Source: Methylococcales symbiont of Hymedesmia sp. n. MRB-2018 (GTDB lineage Bacteria > Pseudomonadota > Gammaproteobacteria > Methylococcales > Methylomonadaceae). From it: 64,000 nt of DNA. Positions 54,071 to 64,000 of this stretch are shown here, in pieces. The translations under genes and the position numbers were made by a program. How positions within the stretch are numbered: position 1 is the first letter of the stretch; each line of letters opens with the position of its first letter. Location: positions 1,488-65,487 of the forward strand of contig QPIN01000058.1 in NCBI GenBank assembly GCA_003666385.1, given 5' to 3'. The notes beneath the pieces are model-generated. The model did no database searches. It saw nothing but the letters and a program-made list of their open reading frames with translations, and was not told the DNA's origin.

Positions 54071-54502
54071 TTATATGTCATCTAGACCAGATATACCAAT
54101 AATAGACCAATTGTCACTAATATTGATGCCGCTGGTATCATTGCCTTCAGAGTATTTTATTTTGCAAACATATCTTCTGGTAAAAACAGGTGCATCTGAG
54201 GGTTGTATTTCTACATCAGCATTTAATACGTATTGATGCGCACCTAAGCCAAAAGCATTAACGAATGTCTCTTGAAATATAAGAGTGTGATCGGAAAGAA
54301 GTTCGTTAGCAATGTAATTATTGCACTGGTCAAATGCCCCCATTGTCATGATATTAGATGATGAAAGATCATTTTTCTCATCGCCAGTATCTTCCAGAAA
54401 AAGATCTGAAGCAACAATATCATAAACAACAGGCATAACTACCTTAGATTGAAAGGCAAAAAGAGCAACAGCAAAGAGTATAACTAAAAAGAATTTTTTC
54501 AT
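54071..54502 (-). CDS. Secreted hypothetical protein
   Basis: 143-aa ORF with a signal peptide MKKFFLVILFAVALFAFQ. No family was recognised. It is divergent from pmoC. Confidence 0.55.
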   Translation of the reverse strand: MKKFFLVILFAVALFAFQSKVVMPVVYDIVASDLFLEDTGDEKNDLSSSNIMTMGAFDQCNNYIANELLSDHTLIFQETFVNAFGLGAHQYVLNADVEIQPSDAPVFTRRYVCKIKYSEGNDTSGINISDNWSIIGISGLDDI

Positions 54503-54742
54503 AAAATAAGTATGAGGGATTAATTGTCATTGTGTAGCCATTCTAACAAAAAAAATAAAATTAAAGAAGAGTGGTTAGATATAAAACTTATCTTGGTAAT
54601 TTCTATTAAGCTACTGATTTATTAGGGAAGTCCTTACAATGGTAAAAGAGTGAATGTTTATTGGTCTTGAGGGCTTGTTTTGCTGAATGCTAAAGAGCGA
54701 AAGGAGGTGTAATCAATTAAAGTAAAAAAAGATGTAATTATC

Positions 54743-54771
54743 TTGACATCAATTAAAGAGCTAAGTAGACT
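54743..54771 (+). promoter_or_regulatory. Candidate sigma70 promoter of pmoCAB
   Basis: TTGACA (54743-54748), a 17-nt spacer, then TAGACT (54766-54771), about 120 nt upstream of the pmoC ATG. Confidence 0.4.
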
Positions 54772-54892
54772 CACTGATACCGTTTAGGAAGATATGGTTG
54801 TATCTATTTAAATTTATAGATTAATAAAAAAGGGATTAAACTTGAAAATTCTCGGTTTGAAAACTGGGGAATAATTTTATTAGGAGGTAGAA

Positions 54893-55645
54893 ATGGCTGC
54901 TACAACTGAATCAGTGAAAGCTGATGCCGCGGAAGCACCGCTATTAAATAGAAGAAATATAGTATTAGGTATGTTGCTATATTTCGTATTCTATTCTTGG
55001 GTACGTTGGTACGAAGGTGTATATGGATGGTCAGCTGGTCTGGATTCATTCGCACCCGAGTTCGAAACATACTGGATGAACTTTTTGTACATTGAGTTAG
55101 TTCTTGAAGTGATTGTTGCTTCAGCTCTTTGGGGTTACATTTGGAAAACTCGTGATCGTAAAGTAATGTCTATTACTCCACGTGAAGAGTTAAGAAGACA
55201 TTTTACTCACTGGACATGGTTAGTAATGTATGGTTGGGCTATCTACTGGGGAGCTTCATATTTCACGGAGCAAGATGGTACATGGCATCAAACAATTATT
55301 CGCGACACGGATTTTACTCCAAGTCATGTGATTGAGTTCTACTTGTCATACCCAATTTACATCATCACTGGTGTATCTGCATTCTTATATGCTAAAACAA
55401 GACTACCTACTTATCAAGAAGGTTTACATCTACAATATATGGTAGCTGTAATTGGTCCTTTCATGATTCTTCCAAATGTTGGATTGAATGAGTGGGGCCA
55501 CACTTTCTGGTTTATGGAAGAGTTGTTTGTTGCTCCATTACATTACGGTTTCGTATTCTTCGGTTGGGCTGCTCTTGGCGCAATGGGTGTTATGAATACT
55601 GAAGTAATGGCAATTGGTAAGTTAATCAAAAAAGACTTAGTGTAG
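54893..55645 (+). CDS. pmoC: Particulate methane monooxygenase subunit C
   Basis: 250-aa polytopic ORF with the RBS taGGAGGtagaa. The sequence is typical PmoC (...WYEGVYGWSAGLDSFAPEFETYWMNF...) and it is first in the pmoCAB order. Confidence 0.95.
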   Translation: MAATTESVKADAAEAPLLNRRNIVLGMLLYFVFYSWVRWYEGVYGWSAGLDSFAPEFETYWMNFLYIELVLEVIVASALWGYIWKTRDRKVMSITPREELRRHFTHWTWLVMYGWAIYWGASYFTEQDGTWHQTIIRDTDFTPSHVIEFYLSYPIYIITGVSAFLYAKTRLPTYQEGLHLQYMVAVIGPFMILPNVGLNEWGHTFWFMEELFVAPLHYGFVFFGWAALGAMGVMNTEVMAIGKLIKKDLV

Positions 55646-55683
55646 TTTCATTAAGTTATTAAAAATAAGTACTATCTCCTAAG

Positions 55684-55710
55684 TTTGTCCTGCACTAATT
55701 GCAGGACAAA
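55684..55710 (+). promoter_or_regulatory. Intercistronic stem-loop between pmoC and pmoA (11-bp perfect stem, no U-run)
   Basis: tttgtcctgca-ctaat-tgcaggacaaa. Confidence 0.6.
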
Positions 55711-55764
55711 CAAAGGAAGACAGTAATATAAAAAATATAATTTTAATTTTTAGGAGGTAAGCTA

Positions 55765-56514
55765 ATGAGCGCATCTCAATCAGCTGTACGATCACGTGCT
55801 GAAGCCGTAGCGGTTTCACGTACATTCGACTGGATGATTCTTTTTGTATTGTTCACTGCCGTTTTAGGCGGTTATCACATTCACTTTATGTTGACTGGTG
55901 GAGACTGGGATTTCTGGTCTGACTGGAAAGATAGACGTTTATGGGTAACTGTAGTGCCTATCGTTGCAATTACATTCCCTGCTGCTGTTCAAGCATGCTT
56001 GTGGTGGAGATACCGTTTGCCAATCGGTGCAACACTTTGTGTTTTGGCTCTATTGTTAGGTGAGTGGATCAACAGATATATGAACTTCTGGGGATGGACA
56101 TATTTCCCAATTAACATCTGTTTCCCTTCTCAATTGATTCCTGGAGCTATTATTCTTGACGTTGTCTTAATGTTGAGTGGCTCTATGACTCTAACTGCCG
56201 TTGCTGGTGGTTTAGGTTGGGGCTTAATTTTCTACCCAAGTAACTGGCCTGTAATCGCGCCTTTACATCAACCTGTTGAATACAACGGTATGATGTTCAC
56301 ATTGGCTGATTTGTCTGGTTACCACTATGTACGTACAGGTACTCCTGAGTACATTAGAATGGTAGAAAAAGGCACACTTAGAACTTTCGGTAAAGATGTG
56401 GCACCAGTATCTGCTTTCTTCTCTGGCTTCGTATCAGTAATTATTTACTTCTTGTGGCATTTCTTCGGTAAATGGTTCGCTGGAACTGGTTTTATCGCTG
56501 ATGACGCTTCTTGA
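55765..56514 (+). CDS. pmoA: Particulate methane monooxygenase subunit A
   Basis: 249-aa ORF. HIHFMLTGGDWDFWSDWKDRRLWVTV and NRYMNFWGWTYFP are classic type I PmoA blocks. Confidence 0.97.
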   Translation: MSASQSAVRSRAEAVAVSRTFDWMILFVLFTAVLGGYHIHFMLTGGDWDFWSDWKDRRLWVTVVPIVAITFPAAVQACLWWRYRLPIGATLCVLALLLGEWINRYMNFWGWTYFPINICFPSQLIPGAIILDVVLMLSGSMTLTAVAGGLGWGLIFYPSNWPVIAPLHQPVEYNGMMFTLADLSGYHYVRTGTPEYIRMVEKGTLRTFGKDVAPVSAFFSGFVSVIIYFLWHFFGKWFAGTGFIADDAS

Positions 56515-56543
56515 TAGAAGTTAATTAAATAAGCAATCGAAAG

Positions 56544-56564
56544 CTGATAACTTATGGTTATCAG
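56544..56564 (+). promoter_or_regulatory. Intercistronic stem-loop between pmoA and pmoB (8-bp stem)
   Basis: ctgataac-ttatg-gttatcag. Confidence 0.5.
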
Positions 56565-56606
56565 ACAAACTTAACTCTAGTTTCTCTAGAAATAGAGGAG
56601 GATTAT

Positions 56607-57851
56607 ATGAAAATAATAAAAGACAAGGTTGCAAGTCTGTCCTTTGTCGCACTGCTGATGGCACTTACAGCAGCGATGTTTTACGCTCCAACAGCTTCAG
56701 CTCATGGTGAGAAATCACAGGCTGCGTTCATGCGTATGCGTACTATTCACTGGTACGATTTGAACTGGTCAAAAGATGAAGTGGCTGTTAATGAGACAGT
56801 AACAATTTCAGGTAAATTCCACGTTTTCAGTGGTTGGCCTGAGTCAGTAGATGAGCCAGATGTTTCTTTCTTGAACATCGGTATTCCAGGACCAGTATTT
56901 ATTCGTGCAGGTTCTTGGATTGGCGGTCAATTAGTTCCACGTTCAGTAGCATTGTCTCTGGGTGAAACTTATGACTTCAAAGTATTGTTAAAAGCTCGTC
57001 GTCCAGGTGACTGGCATGTTCATACTATGATGAACGTACAAGGCGGGGGTCCAATTATTGGCCCAGGTAAATGGGTAACTATTACTGGTTCAATGAGTCA
57101 ATTTGTTAACCCAATCGTTACATTGACTGGTAAAACTCTTGATTTGGAAACTTATAACATTGGTAACATCTATTTCTGGCATGCTGTATGGTATGCGGTT
57201 GGTGTAGCTTGGATGTGGTATTGGGCTAAAGGTCCTATATTCATTCCACGTCAACTTGCAGTTGCAAGTGGCAAAGCAAATACATTGATCTCTGCTGGTG
57301 ATAAAAAAGTAGGTATTGCTTTCTTGGTTGGTACTATCGTTGCAAATGCTGTACTTATGGGTACAACAAACGAAGCTTACCCAGTAACAACACCTCTTCA
57401 AGCGGGTACAATGCGTGGCATTATCCCTCTTGAATTGCCAGTGCCAAGTGTAAGCGTAGTTGTAGATGATGCAACATATCGTGTGCCTGGTCGTGCAATG
57501 CAAATGTCTTTGACCATCACTAACAATGGTGATTCATCTGTTCGTTTAGGTGAGTTCATGACAGCTTCAGTACGTTTCTTGGAGCCAAATGTTCTAGAAG
57601 ACGAAACAGGTTATCCTGATGACTTGTTAGCTGAAGAAGGTTTAACTGTAAGTGATAACAGCCCTCTTGCTCCAGGTGAGACAAGAAGTGTTAGCGTTAC
57701 AGCTTCTGATGCTGCATGGGAAGTATACCGTTTAGCTGACTTGATCTATGATCCAGACAGTCGTTTTGCTGGCTTGCTATTCTTCTTTGATGAAGCTGGC
57801 AACCGTCAAATGGTAATGGTAGACGCACCATTAATCCCATCTTTCATCTAA
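56607..57851 (+). CDS. pmoB: Particulate methane monooxygenase subunit B
   Basis: 414-aa ORF with a signal peptide followed by HGEKSQAAFMRMRTIHWYDL, which contains the N-terminal His copper ligand. Confidence 0.96.
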   Translation: MKIIKDKVASLSFVALLMALTAAMFYAPTASAHGEKSQAAFMRMRTIHWYDLNWSKDEVAVNETVTISGKFHVFSGWPESVDEPDVSFLNIGIPGPVFIRAGSWIGGQLVPRSVALSLGETYDFKVLLKARRPGDWHVHTMMNVQGGGPIIGPGKWVTITGSMSQFVNPIVTLTGKTLDLETYNIGNIYFWHAVWYAVGVAWMWYWAKGPIFIPRQLAVASGKANTLISAGDKKVGIAFLVGTIVANAVLMGTTNEAYPVTTPLQAGTMRGIIPLELPVPSVSVVVDDATYRVPGRAMQMSLTITNNGDSSVRLGEFMTASVRFLEPNVLEDETGYPDDLLAEEGLTVSDNSPLAPGETRSVSVTASDAAWEVYRLADLIYDPDSRFAGLLFFFDEAGNRQMVMVDAPLIPSFI

Positions 57852-57894
57852 TGGGAAAATTCTAAAAATTATTTTTTAGAATAGGGATAAAGAA

Positions 57895-57929
57895 CCCCTG
57901 TCACCTCTAAGGTGACAGGGGTTTTTTTT
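57895..57929 (+). terminator. Rho-independent terminator of pmoCAB
   Basis: CCCCTGTCACC-tctaa-GGTGACAGGGG followed by TTTTTTTT. Confidence 0.85.
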
Positions 57930-58139
57930 AAAACCTAATAAAGTAAAATTAGAGAATAAGATAAAAGTTTATAAGGTATGAAGAAGGGAGTATGTGTTCA
58001 AAAGGTATGAAAATAATGGGGAGGGCTGTTTCGTAGAAAGTCTTGTTCTGTTTTAAATTAAGAAATTGATGTCAAAATGAAGAGTGATTGTAGAAAATTA
58101 CAATGAGTAAGCTATGGTCTAGTAAAGTAGATGGATACA

Positions 58140-58685
58140 TTAGATTGAAAGTGAATTATTTAAAATAGCCTGAAGTTTAGTAAGTCCAAGTTTTCTTGTA
58201 AGGCGGATGTTATTATTTGGAATTAATTCTGGGTGAGGATAATTAATAAGAGCTTTAGTGATACTGGCTTCACGAATTAAATGTAGCATTGGATAAGGAG
58301 ATCTGTTAGTAAAACTTGCTGGATCATTATGAACTTCGTTATCAAAGCGATAATGGGGATGAAAACTAGCTAATTGATAGGTACCATCATAATTATGAGT
58401 CATTAATAACTCTTCAGAAACAAAAAGGAAATCAAGAAAACTATCAAATTGTTGAAATAAATTAGGGAATATAAGGAAAGTAGTTTCAATTTGACTGGAA
58501 TTATCTAAACGTTCACATTCAGAAAATAGATTCAAAAGACAGTTGTCTACTGATGTACAGTTATTGACTGAAAAATAAATAGAATTATTAATAAAACTTT
58601 TGTAGGCGAAAGGACAGATATTAAAGTCGATAACAAAAGAACTGATCCAGTGTTTTGTTTGCGAAATTACTTTAGTAGTAGACAT
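58140..58685 (-). CDS. DUF1415 domain protein
   Basis: 181-aa ORF. The N-terminal W..SFVIDFNICPFA pattern is recalled from the DUF1415 family. Confidence 0.5.
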   Translation of the reverse strand: MSTTKVISQTKHWISSFVIDFNICPFAYKSFINNSIYFSVNNCTSVDNCLLNLFSECERLDNSSQIETTFLIFPNLFQQFDSFLDFLFVSEELLMTHNYDGTYQLASFHPHYRFDNEVHNDPASFTNRSPYPMLHLIREASITKALINYPHPELIPNNNIRLTRKLGLTKLQAILNNSLSI

Positions 58686-58841
58686 GTTAAAAGAATAAGT
58701 ATTGACGTAGTAAAATCAAGGCAAGCATAAATAGATTAATTAAGATAAAATTTGGAGTTAGTTGGTTTTCGTCCATAAACTATAAGCTATTGAAAAGCAT
58801 ATAAAAAGCTATTGATACAGGGTGAGTTTTTTTGATTGCCT

Positions 58842-58893
58842 AAGTATTATATAATTCTAAGCAATTGATTTAATATAGAATTATATAATACTT
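58842..58893. repeat. Perfect 18-bp inverted repeat with a 16-nt spacer
   Basis: aagtattatataattcta-agcaattgatttaata-tagaattatataatactt, lying about 55 nt upstream of the transposase remnant. Confidence 0.85.
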
Positions 58894-58949
58894 GGGGTAA
58901 AAGGATGAGAATAAAACGACTGTTGTAAACAACTCTATTCGAATATTAT

Positions 58950-59117
58950 ATTGAACACGAAATTGAAACTGAACTGAGAAATATTTCCATGCTATTAGAT
59001 CACCAACTAGAAATACTTGACTGGGTAGAAAAGGATATTCAGACGATCAATTTAACAGATGAAAGCGGGCGGAAAAGTTTGTCGGTTGAATACGTTTTAC
59101 CTTGTGCAACCCTCTAG
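58950..59117 (+). pseudogene. N-terminal remnant of a DUF772-type (ISNCY/IS5-like) transposase
   Basis: IEHEIETELRNISMLLDHQLEILDWVEKDIQTINLTDESGRKSLSVEYVLPCATL* matches the ...LL.....IL..V..DL.....GR.G.S.E.VLRCA.L pattern. The fragment is 55 codons and then stops. Confidence 0.45.
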
Positions 59118-59155
59118 GTAGGTTATTTGTTGCGAGAGAATACTTATATGTATAA

Positions 59156-59836
<681 letters not shown>

Positions 59837-59906
59837 GATGTGATCTAAAAAATTTAGAAATAAAATTCATGAGTGTATAACAGTAAAGGTAATTGAGGAA
59901 GGACAG

Positions 59907-60929
59907 GTGTTGAAAACATATGATATTGCTGTAGTAGGTGCAACAGGTGCGGTTGGTGAGGCAATTTTTTCGATTTTACAAGAGCGAAAATTTCCAGTTG
60001 GAAAAATATATGCGTTGGCAAGCAGTCGATCTGTTGGTAAGCGGATTAAATTTAATAGCAGTTCAATATCAGTTGAAGAATTAAAAAACTTTGATTTTTC
60101 GAAGGTTTCGATTGGGCTGTTTTCAGCGGGAGCATCTATTTCAAGAGAGTATGCACCAAAAGCGGCAGCTGCTGGCTGTATAGTGATAGATAACACTTCA
60201 GAATTTCGTTACGAAGATGATATTCCATTAGTTGTACCTGAAGTGAATCCAGAAAAAATTGCAGAATTTAAAGCAAGAGGAATAATTGCAAACCCGAATT
60301 GTTCAACAATTCAGATGTTAGTTGCTTTAAAACCGATTTATGATGCAGTAGGGATTGAGAGAATAAATGTATGTACTTATCAAGCAGTTTCTGGAACAGG
60401 AAAGAAAGCTATTGAGGAAGTAGTTTCACAAACAGCAAAACTTTTAAATGGAAAGCCAATTTGCCCCGAGGTGTATCCAAAACAGATTGCGTTTAATGTG
60501 CTACCTCAAATCGATGTGTTTATGGATAATGGGTATACCAAAGAGGAAATGAAAATAGTTTGGGAAACAAGAAAAATATTTTCTGACCAAGATATTATGG
60601 TTAACCCAACAGCAGTAAGGGTACCTGTCTTTTATGGTCATTCTGAAGCGATACATATAGAAACTAGAGATAAAATAGAGGTAGAAACAGTTCATGATCT
60701 ATTAAAAAAAGCACCAGGTGTTACTTTATTGGATGAGCATATTGATGGAGGTTATCCAACAGCAGTAACCGAATCATCAGGAAATGATGATGTTTTTGTT
60801 GGGCGAGTTAGGGAAGATATTTCTCACCCAAAAGGTATCGATTTGTGGGTTGTCAGTGATAATGTACGTAAAGGTGCGGCTTTAAATAGCGTACAAATTG
60901 CAGAAGAGTTGGTAACAAAATACATCTAG
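59907..60929 (+). CDS. asd: Aspartate-semialdehyde dehydrogenase
   Basis: 340-aa ORF with a GTG start, VVGATGAVG and the NPNCSTIQ active-site Cys. Confidence 0.95.
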   Translation: MLKTYDIAVVGATGAVGEAIFSILQERKFPVGKIYALASSRSVGKRIKFNSSSISVEELKNFDFSKVSIGLFSAGASISREYAPKAAAAGCIVIDNTSEFRYEDDIPLVVPEVNPEKIAEFKARGIIANPNCSTIQMLVALKPIYDAVGIERINVCTYQAVSGTGKKAIEEVVSQTAKLLNGKPICPEVYPKQIAFNVLPQIDVFMDNGYTKEEMKIVWETRKIFSDQDIMVNPTAVRVPVFYGHSEAIHIETRDKIEVETVHDLLKKAPGVTLLDEHIDGGYPTAVTESSGNDDVFVGRVREDISHPKGIDLWVVSDNVRKGAALNSVQIAEELVTKYI

Positions 60930-60970
60930 TCTAAGCTAGTGAATATATATGATAGCTCTAGGTAGCCACG

Positions 60971-63421
60971 GTGGTAAAAAAATTAAAAGGGAGCGTGGTG
61001 GGCAATTTAACTAAAGGTATAGTAGCTATTTTTATTTTGGCTCCAGCTAGTGCATATTCATTAGGAATAGGCGATATTAAATTGCATTCAGCGCTGAATC
61101 AAAATCTTAACGCTGAAATTGCTTTATTTGTTTCGGCAGGTGAAGATGTCTCTGATATCAATGTTAGGCTAGCTTCTCCAGATAAATTTGATGAGGCAGG
61201 AGTCCCTTGGAACTATTTCCTGTTAAAAATTAAATTTGATTTCGTTACAAAAGCTGATGGATCGATCATTGTGAAGTTAAGTTCAAATGAGGCTTTACGA
61301 GAACCGTTTTTAGATTTTTTGTTAGAAGTAAGCTGGGCAAAAGGGAGTTTATATCGTGAGTTTACTGTACTTGTCGATCCGCCTGTTGCATATACACAGC
61401 CGATAATTCCAGTAATAAAAAAAGCAGTTATAGAATCAAAAGCTGAAGAAGCAATATCAGTCTCTGAAACGCAGAAAACTGTTGTAGAAATTACAAAACC
61501 AATTATTCAATATGGACCGACTATTGCTACTGATACTTTATGGAAGGTTGCTGAAGAATCAAATTCATATAGTGATGTTTCAATAAAACAAATGATGTTA
61601 GCTATATATGAGGCAAATCCAAAGGCATTTTATAAAAAAAATGTAAATGCACTAATGGCGGATAAAACGTTAGATATTCCAAGAAAAGAAATTATTTTAA
61701 GCTTATCGCAAAAAGAAGCATTAACTGAATTTAAGAAGCAGGATAATGCTTGGAATGGAATTGTTGTTGAAACAGCTAAAAAAGATTCTGTGGAGGTTGA
61801 AATTAGTAATCAATTAGAGTTAGAAGCACCCATTCAAGAAGAAGTAAAAGAAGTTGTTGTAACAGCATTAGAAGCTCAGAACGAGAGTACTGTAGAAGCA
61901 TCACCAGTAAAAAATGAAGAGATTTTAGTAGCTGTTAAATCTACAGATGAAAGTATAGCTTTAATAACTAGATTAGAAAAACTTGAAAAAGACTTGGTTG
62001 TAATGCAAAAAATGTTAGCGATGAAAGATGAGCAATTTGCTGCATTACAGGGTCAGGGAAAAACTCAAATTGCTCAAATAGTTAAAATTGAAAAAGAAAA
62101 AAAGAATGATGAAAGAGTAGCCTCTCAAGCCAAGACAAAAGTGGATAAAGCAAAGGCAGTTGTTAAAAGTGTTGGAAAAAAAACAAAGAAAGAAAAACGT
62201 AAAGGTGTAATAAAACCAGTCACCCAGCCTGATACGGATTTTTTTGCAGAATCAATATTCAAAGTTATATTGGGAATAGCGGTACTGATTCTAGGAGGCT
62301 TGAGCTGGTTGTGGTCTCGTAAAAGAAAAGTAGAAATAGAAACGGATACTAAAAGTATATTTGTAACGGCAAGCGAAACGAATATATCAGATTCAAAAGA
62401 TGTTTCTCCTGTATCTGTTTTGGATGGTATTTCGTCGTATGATGTTGGAGCAGTGGGTGAGAGTTCATTTTTAAGTGAATTTACATCAAGTGATTTTGAT
62501 GCTTTTGATACTGAACAAAATGAAGTAGATCCAGTGTTAGAAGCTGATGTGTATTTGACTTATGATCGTTATCAGCAGGCTGAAGATTTAATGCGTCAGG
62601 CAATTATTGACCAGCCTGAGAGGGATGAGTGTAAATTAAAGCTTTTAGAAATATTTTACGCAAATGAAAATAAAAGTGGTTTTGAAGAATATGCAACTGA
62701 ATTAGTGAATTCAGGAAAGCATAATGAGCAGGGGTTTTGGAGTAAAGTTGTCGAAATGGGGAGAGAAATAGCTCCTGATTGTTCATTGTTTACTGACCAA
62801 TTAGATGGTTCAGCAAATTTTGAAACAACTAAAAAGGATGAAGAAGCAGAATCTGTGACAAATAAAGGAGGTATTGCTACCCCTGTTTCCAATAATGATA
62901 TAGATGACGACAGTGTGGCAGAAGCAGTAGATTTCGATTTGTCAGTTTTTGATGAAAGTGGTTCTGATGAAAAGATAGATGAATATACTATTGTGAGTGA
63001 CCTTGACTTGTCTGTATTTGATGTGGAAGATTTGGATGTTGAAATAAGTACAGATGAAGGGTCAGAGTCGGTTGGTTTTGATTTCTCGTTGGATAATGGT
63101 TCACCTGATCTTGAGTCAAAAAAGTCTACTGACTCAGCAACAACTCTCGATGATATTGAGAGCTTTGATTTTGATGCAGATGCAGAGGAAATAGTTGAGA
63201 CTGAAGTTGTCCCCTCTTCATCTGATGCGCTAGATACTTTAGATATGGGGGTATCAGATTTAACTGATATGGATGAGCTAGAAACAAAAATAGATTTAGC
63301 AAAAGCTTATATAGATATGGGTGATGTAGATGCTGCCAAAGGGATAGCTGATGAAGTGATGGATAAAGGCAGTGATGAGCAAAAGGCAGTTGTCCAAGCA
63401 ATTATCGACCAATTAAAATAA
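60971..63421 (+). CDS. fimV: FimV/HubP-family polar organiser protein
   Basis: 816-aa ORF. It has the N-terminal FimV motif (LGIGDIKLHSALNQNLNAEIAL), a LysM-like segment, a TM helix, a highly acidic repeat region and the conserved C-terminal DLAKAYIDMGDVDAAKGIADEV motif. Confidence 0.85.
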   Translation: MVKKLKGSVVGNLTKGIVAIFILAPASAYSLGIGDIKLHSALNQNLNAEIALFVSAGEDVSDINVRLASPDKFDEAGVPWNYFLLKIKFDFVTKADGSIIVKLSSNEALREPFLDFLLEVSWAKGSLYREFTVLVDPPVAYTQPIIPVIKKAVIESKAEEAISVSETQKTVVEITKPIIQYGPTIATDTLWKVAEESNSYSDVSIKQMMLAIYEANPKAFYKKNVNALMADKTLDIPRKEIILSLSQKEALTEFKKQDNAWNGIVVETAKKDSVEVEISNQLELEAPIQEEVKEVVVTALEAQNESTVEASPVKNEEILVAVKSTDESIALITRLEKLEKDLVVMQKMLAMKDEQFAALQGQGKTQIAQIVKIEKEKKNDERVASQAKTKVDKAKAVVKSVGKKTKKEKRKGVIKPVTQPDTDFFAESIFKVILGIAVLILGGLSWLWSRKRKVEIETDTKSIFVTASETNISDSKDVSPVSVLDGISSYDVGAVGESSFLSEFTSSDFDAFDTEQNEVDPVLEADVYLTYDRYQQAEDLMRQAIIDQPERDECKLKLLEIFYANENKSGFEEYATELVNSGKHNEQGFWSKVVEMGREIAPDCSLFTDQLDGSANFETTKKDEEAESVTNKGGIATPVSNNDIDDDSVAEAVDFDLSVFDESGSDEKIDEYTIVSDLDLSVFDVEDLDVEISTDEGSESVGFDFSLDNGSPDLESKKSTDSATTLDDIESFDFDADAEEIVETEVVPSSSDALDTLDMGVSDLTDMDELETKIDLAKAYIDMGDVDAAKGIADEVMDKGSDEQKAVVQAIIDQLK

Positions 63422-63463
63422 CACAAAGAGTTAATCTGAGTTCACGGTTAACTTTTAATAGTT

Positions 63464-64000
63464 TTACTTGAGTTTGTTTTCTAGTATTTTATTTACTTCC
63501 TTAGGGCTGGCTTTACCTTGGCTGGCCTTCATTGTTTGACCTACAAAAAACCCAAAGACTTTATCTTTACCGCTTAAATACTGCTCAACCTGTTTAGGGT
63601 TGTCGGCGATTATTTTATCAATAAGTGTTTCAATTTCTTTACTGTCAGTGATTTGTTTTAAGCCCTGTTTTTCAATTATTTCATCTGCAGTTGCATCATT
63701 ATTCCATAGTTCTTCAAAAACCTGTTTAGCAATTTTTCCTGAAATGGTCTGGTCTGCAATGCGCTTTATTAAACCTGCTAAATGTTCATAATTAACAGGT
63801 GATTCATTGATTTCTAATCCAGCTTTATTCAAAGCACCAAGGAAAGTTCCACTAACCCAGTTGGAACAAAGTTTAGCATCACATTCGGATGTTTTGACTA
63901 CGGCCTCATAATAATCTGCTAGTTGACGAGAGGATGTCAGTGTTGTGGAGATTTCTTCATCTTGCTGGTACTGATCTTGAAAGCGAAGTTTTTTTGCACT
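63464..64000 (-). CDS. gatB: Asp-tRNA(Asn)/Glu-tRNA(Gln) amidotransferase subunit B (C-terminal part; continues beyond the window)
   Basis: It has the GatB/YqeY C-terminal domain (ISGKIAKQVFEELW...VGQTMKASQGKASPKEVNKIL). The frame stays open upstream of the listed Met to position 64000. Confidence 0.9.
   Translation of the reverse strand, partial: SAKKLRFQDQYQQDEEISTTLTSSRQLADYYEAVVKTSECDAKLCSNWVSGTFLGALNKAGLEINESPVNYEHLAGLIKRIADQTISGKIAKQVFEELWNNDATADEIIEKQGLKQITDSKEIETLIDKIIADNPKQVEQYLSGKDKVFGFFVGQTMKASQGKASPKEVNKILENKLK

Noticed and set aside
62700-63300. Highly acidic D/E/S-rich low-complexity repeats
   Set aside because: This is the expected acidic linker of FimV/HubP-family proteins and lies inside an intact ORF. 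It is not an independent repeat element.

Overview
This window looks like chromosomal DNA from a low-GC gammaproteobacterial type I methanotroph (Methylococcaceae-like). All family calls are by eye from the translations; no searches were run. It carries pmoCAB, pqqABC, gltBD/glnD and many conserved housekeeping genes (purEK, purM, pyrC, map, coaD, rsmD, ubiD, prlC, folA, gshA-cysH, recQ, trpS, rapA, adk, asd, fimV, gatB). I saw no rRNA, tRNA or CRISPR array.

The intergenic space is unusually rich in small structured repeats. There are three MITE-like families with terminal inverted repeats and one 29-nt REP-like hairpin family. There are also short remnants of IS481, IS30, ISAs1 and ISNCY-type transposases and several decayed genes, which suggests a genome shaped by past IS activity.

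Most interesting candidates:
1. A six-gene same-strand cluster (29419-36093) joins a TRAP-type module (binding protein plus fused DctQM-like permease) to an Mla/MCE module and a TPR lipoprotein. Every catalytic motif of its ABC ATPase is degenerate.
2. An orphan HvfA-like, Cys-Gly-rich signal-peptide protein (44671-45006) resembles a copper-binding RiPP precursor. It has no MNIO/DUF692 partner nearby and sits about 10 kb from pmoCAB.
3. lexA has an alphaproteobacterial-type GTTC-N7-GTTC direct repeat upstream instead of a CTGT-N8-ACAG box, and a 50-aa membrane peptide gene downstream.
4. An exact 50-nt poly-G tract removes the 5' end of a higher-GC BspA/DUF285 repeat surface-protein gene. This is either an assembly artefact or chimeric join, or an extreme slippage tract.
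5. recQ lacks a canonical start codon at the conserved N-terminus.
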